Source of the DNA: Rhizaria sp. SCN 62-66
Taxonomy: Eukaryota
Length of the DNA stretch: 34,364 nucleotides
Direction of reading: 5' to 3'
Assembly (NCBI GenBank): GCA_001724265.1
Contig: MEDY01000322.1
Coordinates: 1-34,364 of the forward strand
Positions within the stretch are counted from its first letter, which is position 1. Each line of letters begins with the position of its first letter. The notes under the pieces are model-generated. The model worked only from the letters and a program-made list of their open reading frames with translations. It was not told where the DNA came from and did not search any database. Positions 32,881-34,364 of the stretch are shown here, in pieces. The position numbers and the translations under genes were made by a program.

Positions 32881-34364
32881 TGCCACGGCAAACCGCGTGC
32901 CAGCGAAAGGCGCGTCTGCGGCCGCAACAACGCGGCCGCGGCCAAACGCAACGCCGCCGCCGCCGCCGCCGCCGCTGCCGTGGGGCCGAGGGCTGGGGCT
33001 CAAGCTGACGCGGGGGGACTGAGGGCGGACGCCGGCTCCGGCCCCGGCTCCAGAACCGGCTCCGGCGCCGGCTCCAGTGGCAGCGACAGAGCTAGAGCTA
33101 GAGCCGGAGCCCGTCGAGGTTTGCGGGCGCGGGCGTGACCGGGAGCGTGACTGCGGGCGACGGGCATCTGCACTCGCACTCGGGGTGTCATTGACACTAG
33201 GAGTGATAACGTGCGGCTGAACTTCCTCGACCTGCGGCTTGAATTCCGCCGCGGCCTGCGGCCTGACTTTCCCCTTGGGCGTCCACGCCGCGGGCACCGG
33301 GGTCCGCGCCAGAGCGCCCAGCGCCAGCCGCGGCACCGGGGTCGACGCCAGCGCCAGCGCCGCCTGTGGCTGCGTGTAGCCGCCAGCGCTCGCCAGCGAT
33401 GGGCGCACCGGCGACGGCGACCGCGACGGCGACTGCGTGTGTGGCTGCGGCGGTGGCTGCGCGAGCGTGAGGCGCCAGGGCCCCGCGTGCAGCTCGCGCA
33501 GCTCCTCGGCCGCCTGCAGCTGCAGCTGCTGCTGCTCGCGCTGCTGCTGCTCCGCGCGCGCGGCCGAGGCCGCCGTGGGCGCCGTCAGCGCGCGCGACGG
33601 CGGCCGCACCGCCACGCCCGGAGGCACGGCCGCGCTGGCAGACGACGACGACGACGATGACAACAACGGCGGCGGCGACTGCGGCCGCCCGGGAGAGCGA
33701 AAACAGGGACTCAGCGCGCGGCCGCCGCGGCGCTCGGCGTGGCTGCCGTCGGCGCGGCCGCTGTGCGCGGGAGCGCGAGGACTGCTTGCGCTGGTGTTGT
33801 TGTTGTTGTTGTTGTGATTGTCAAAGTGGAATGTCTTGCGGCCCTTAGACGTGGCTGACCGCGGAGGCGGGTACTTAGATGAAGACGATGTATCGTGATA
33901 GTCAAGCCGTGCCGGAGTAAGTGCTCCCAGCACGTCCCCCTTAGACCCAGCCGACATACCCGACGACGACGACGACGGGGGGATACTTACATTCCCCGCG
34001 CTTACACCACTTACACTGGCCCGCGCGCCCCGTGCAGACACTGCCGGCGAACCCGCCGGTGAGCCTCCACGGACTGGCGACCCGACTGGCGCCCTGACTG
34101 GGGAGCGAGCGGGCGAACTCAGGCGGCTGTAGACGTCGGGGCCCGGGCTGCCGCCGCGAGGTCCATAACGCTCGCGCTCGCGCCCGCGCCCGCGGACGCC
34201 TTCGCCGGGGCTGTGGCCGTGCTGCTGCTGTTGGTGCAGCAAGAGCTCCTGCTGGTGCTGCTGCTGGCGTCGCGCGCGCGCAGCCGCCTCGGCCGCCGCC
34301 GCCGCCGCCGCCGCCTCGGCCGCGGCCGCCGCCTCCTGCGCGCGCCGCGCCGCCGCCGCGCGCT
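28576..34364 (-). CDS. 5'-partial giant (>1,900 aa) Ala/Ser/Pro/Gln-rich, probably disordered hypothetical protein, with in-frame TAGs at 31630-31632 and 30943-30945
   Basis: ORFs 31630..34242, 30943..31617 and 28576..30735 share one frame and are interrupted only by two TAGs. The frame is open to the window edge and ends ..LEDRVRALLLQHQPPGYE-TGA. No recognisable domain. Confidence 0.75.
32824..32880 (-). repeat. (GCGCCC)n coding microsatellite encoding (Ala-Pro)n
   Basis: A tandem GGCGCR hexamer is visible on the + strand. Confidence 0.85.

Noticed and set aside
1-34364. tRNA (especially a CUA-anticodon tRNA-Gln), rRNA, eRF1, CRISPR array or transposase genes
   Set aside because: None was recognisable by eye. 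The repeats are coding microsatellites, and the CCHC knuckles belong to CWF19L1, not a Gag protein.

Overview
Eukaryotic (protist-like) nuclear DNA. It has GC-rich genes loaded with low-complexity sequence, AT-rich intergenic spacers and GT-AG introns that start GTACGT. Six genes are supported: an unknown Ala/Ser-rich protein (+), CWF19L1 (-), an FtsJ/RlmE (MRM2-like) rRNA 2'-O-methyltransferase (+), a ~2,400-aa protein carrying an unorthodox NPS/NPA aquaporin domain (-), a large RBR E3 ligase of different base composition (-), and a 5'-partial giant low-complexity protein (-). The main discovery is that five of the six genes are interrupted by in-frame TAG codons (six in total) and continue in the same frame. 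Three of the TAGs lie inside poly-Gln or (Pro-Gln)n runs, and two separate conserved C-terminal domains from the rest of the protein. No supported gene ends at TAG: four end at TGA and two at TAA. This points to a non-standard nuclear genetic code with UAG = Gln, possibly with UAA still acting as stop, which would be a rare UAG/UAA uncoupling. The organism cannot be named from this window, and no tRNA or eRF1 gene is visible.
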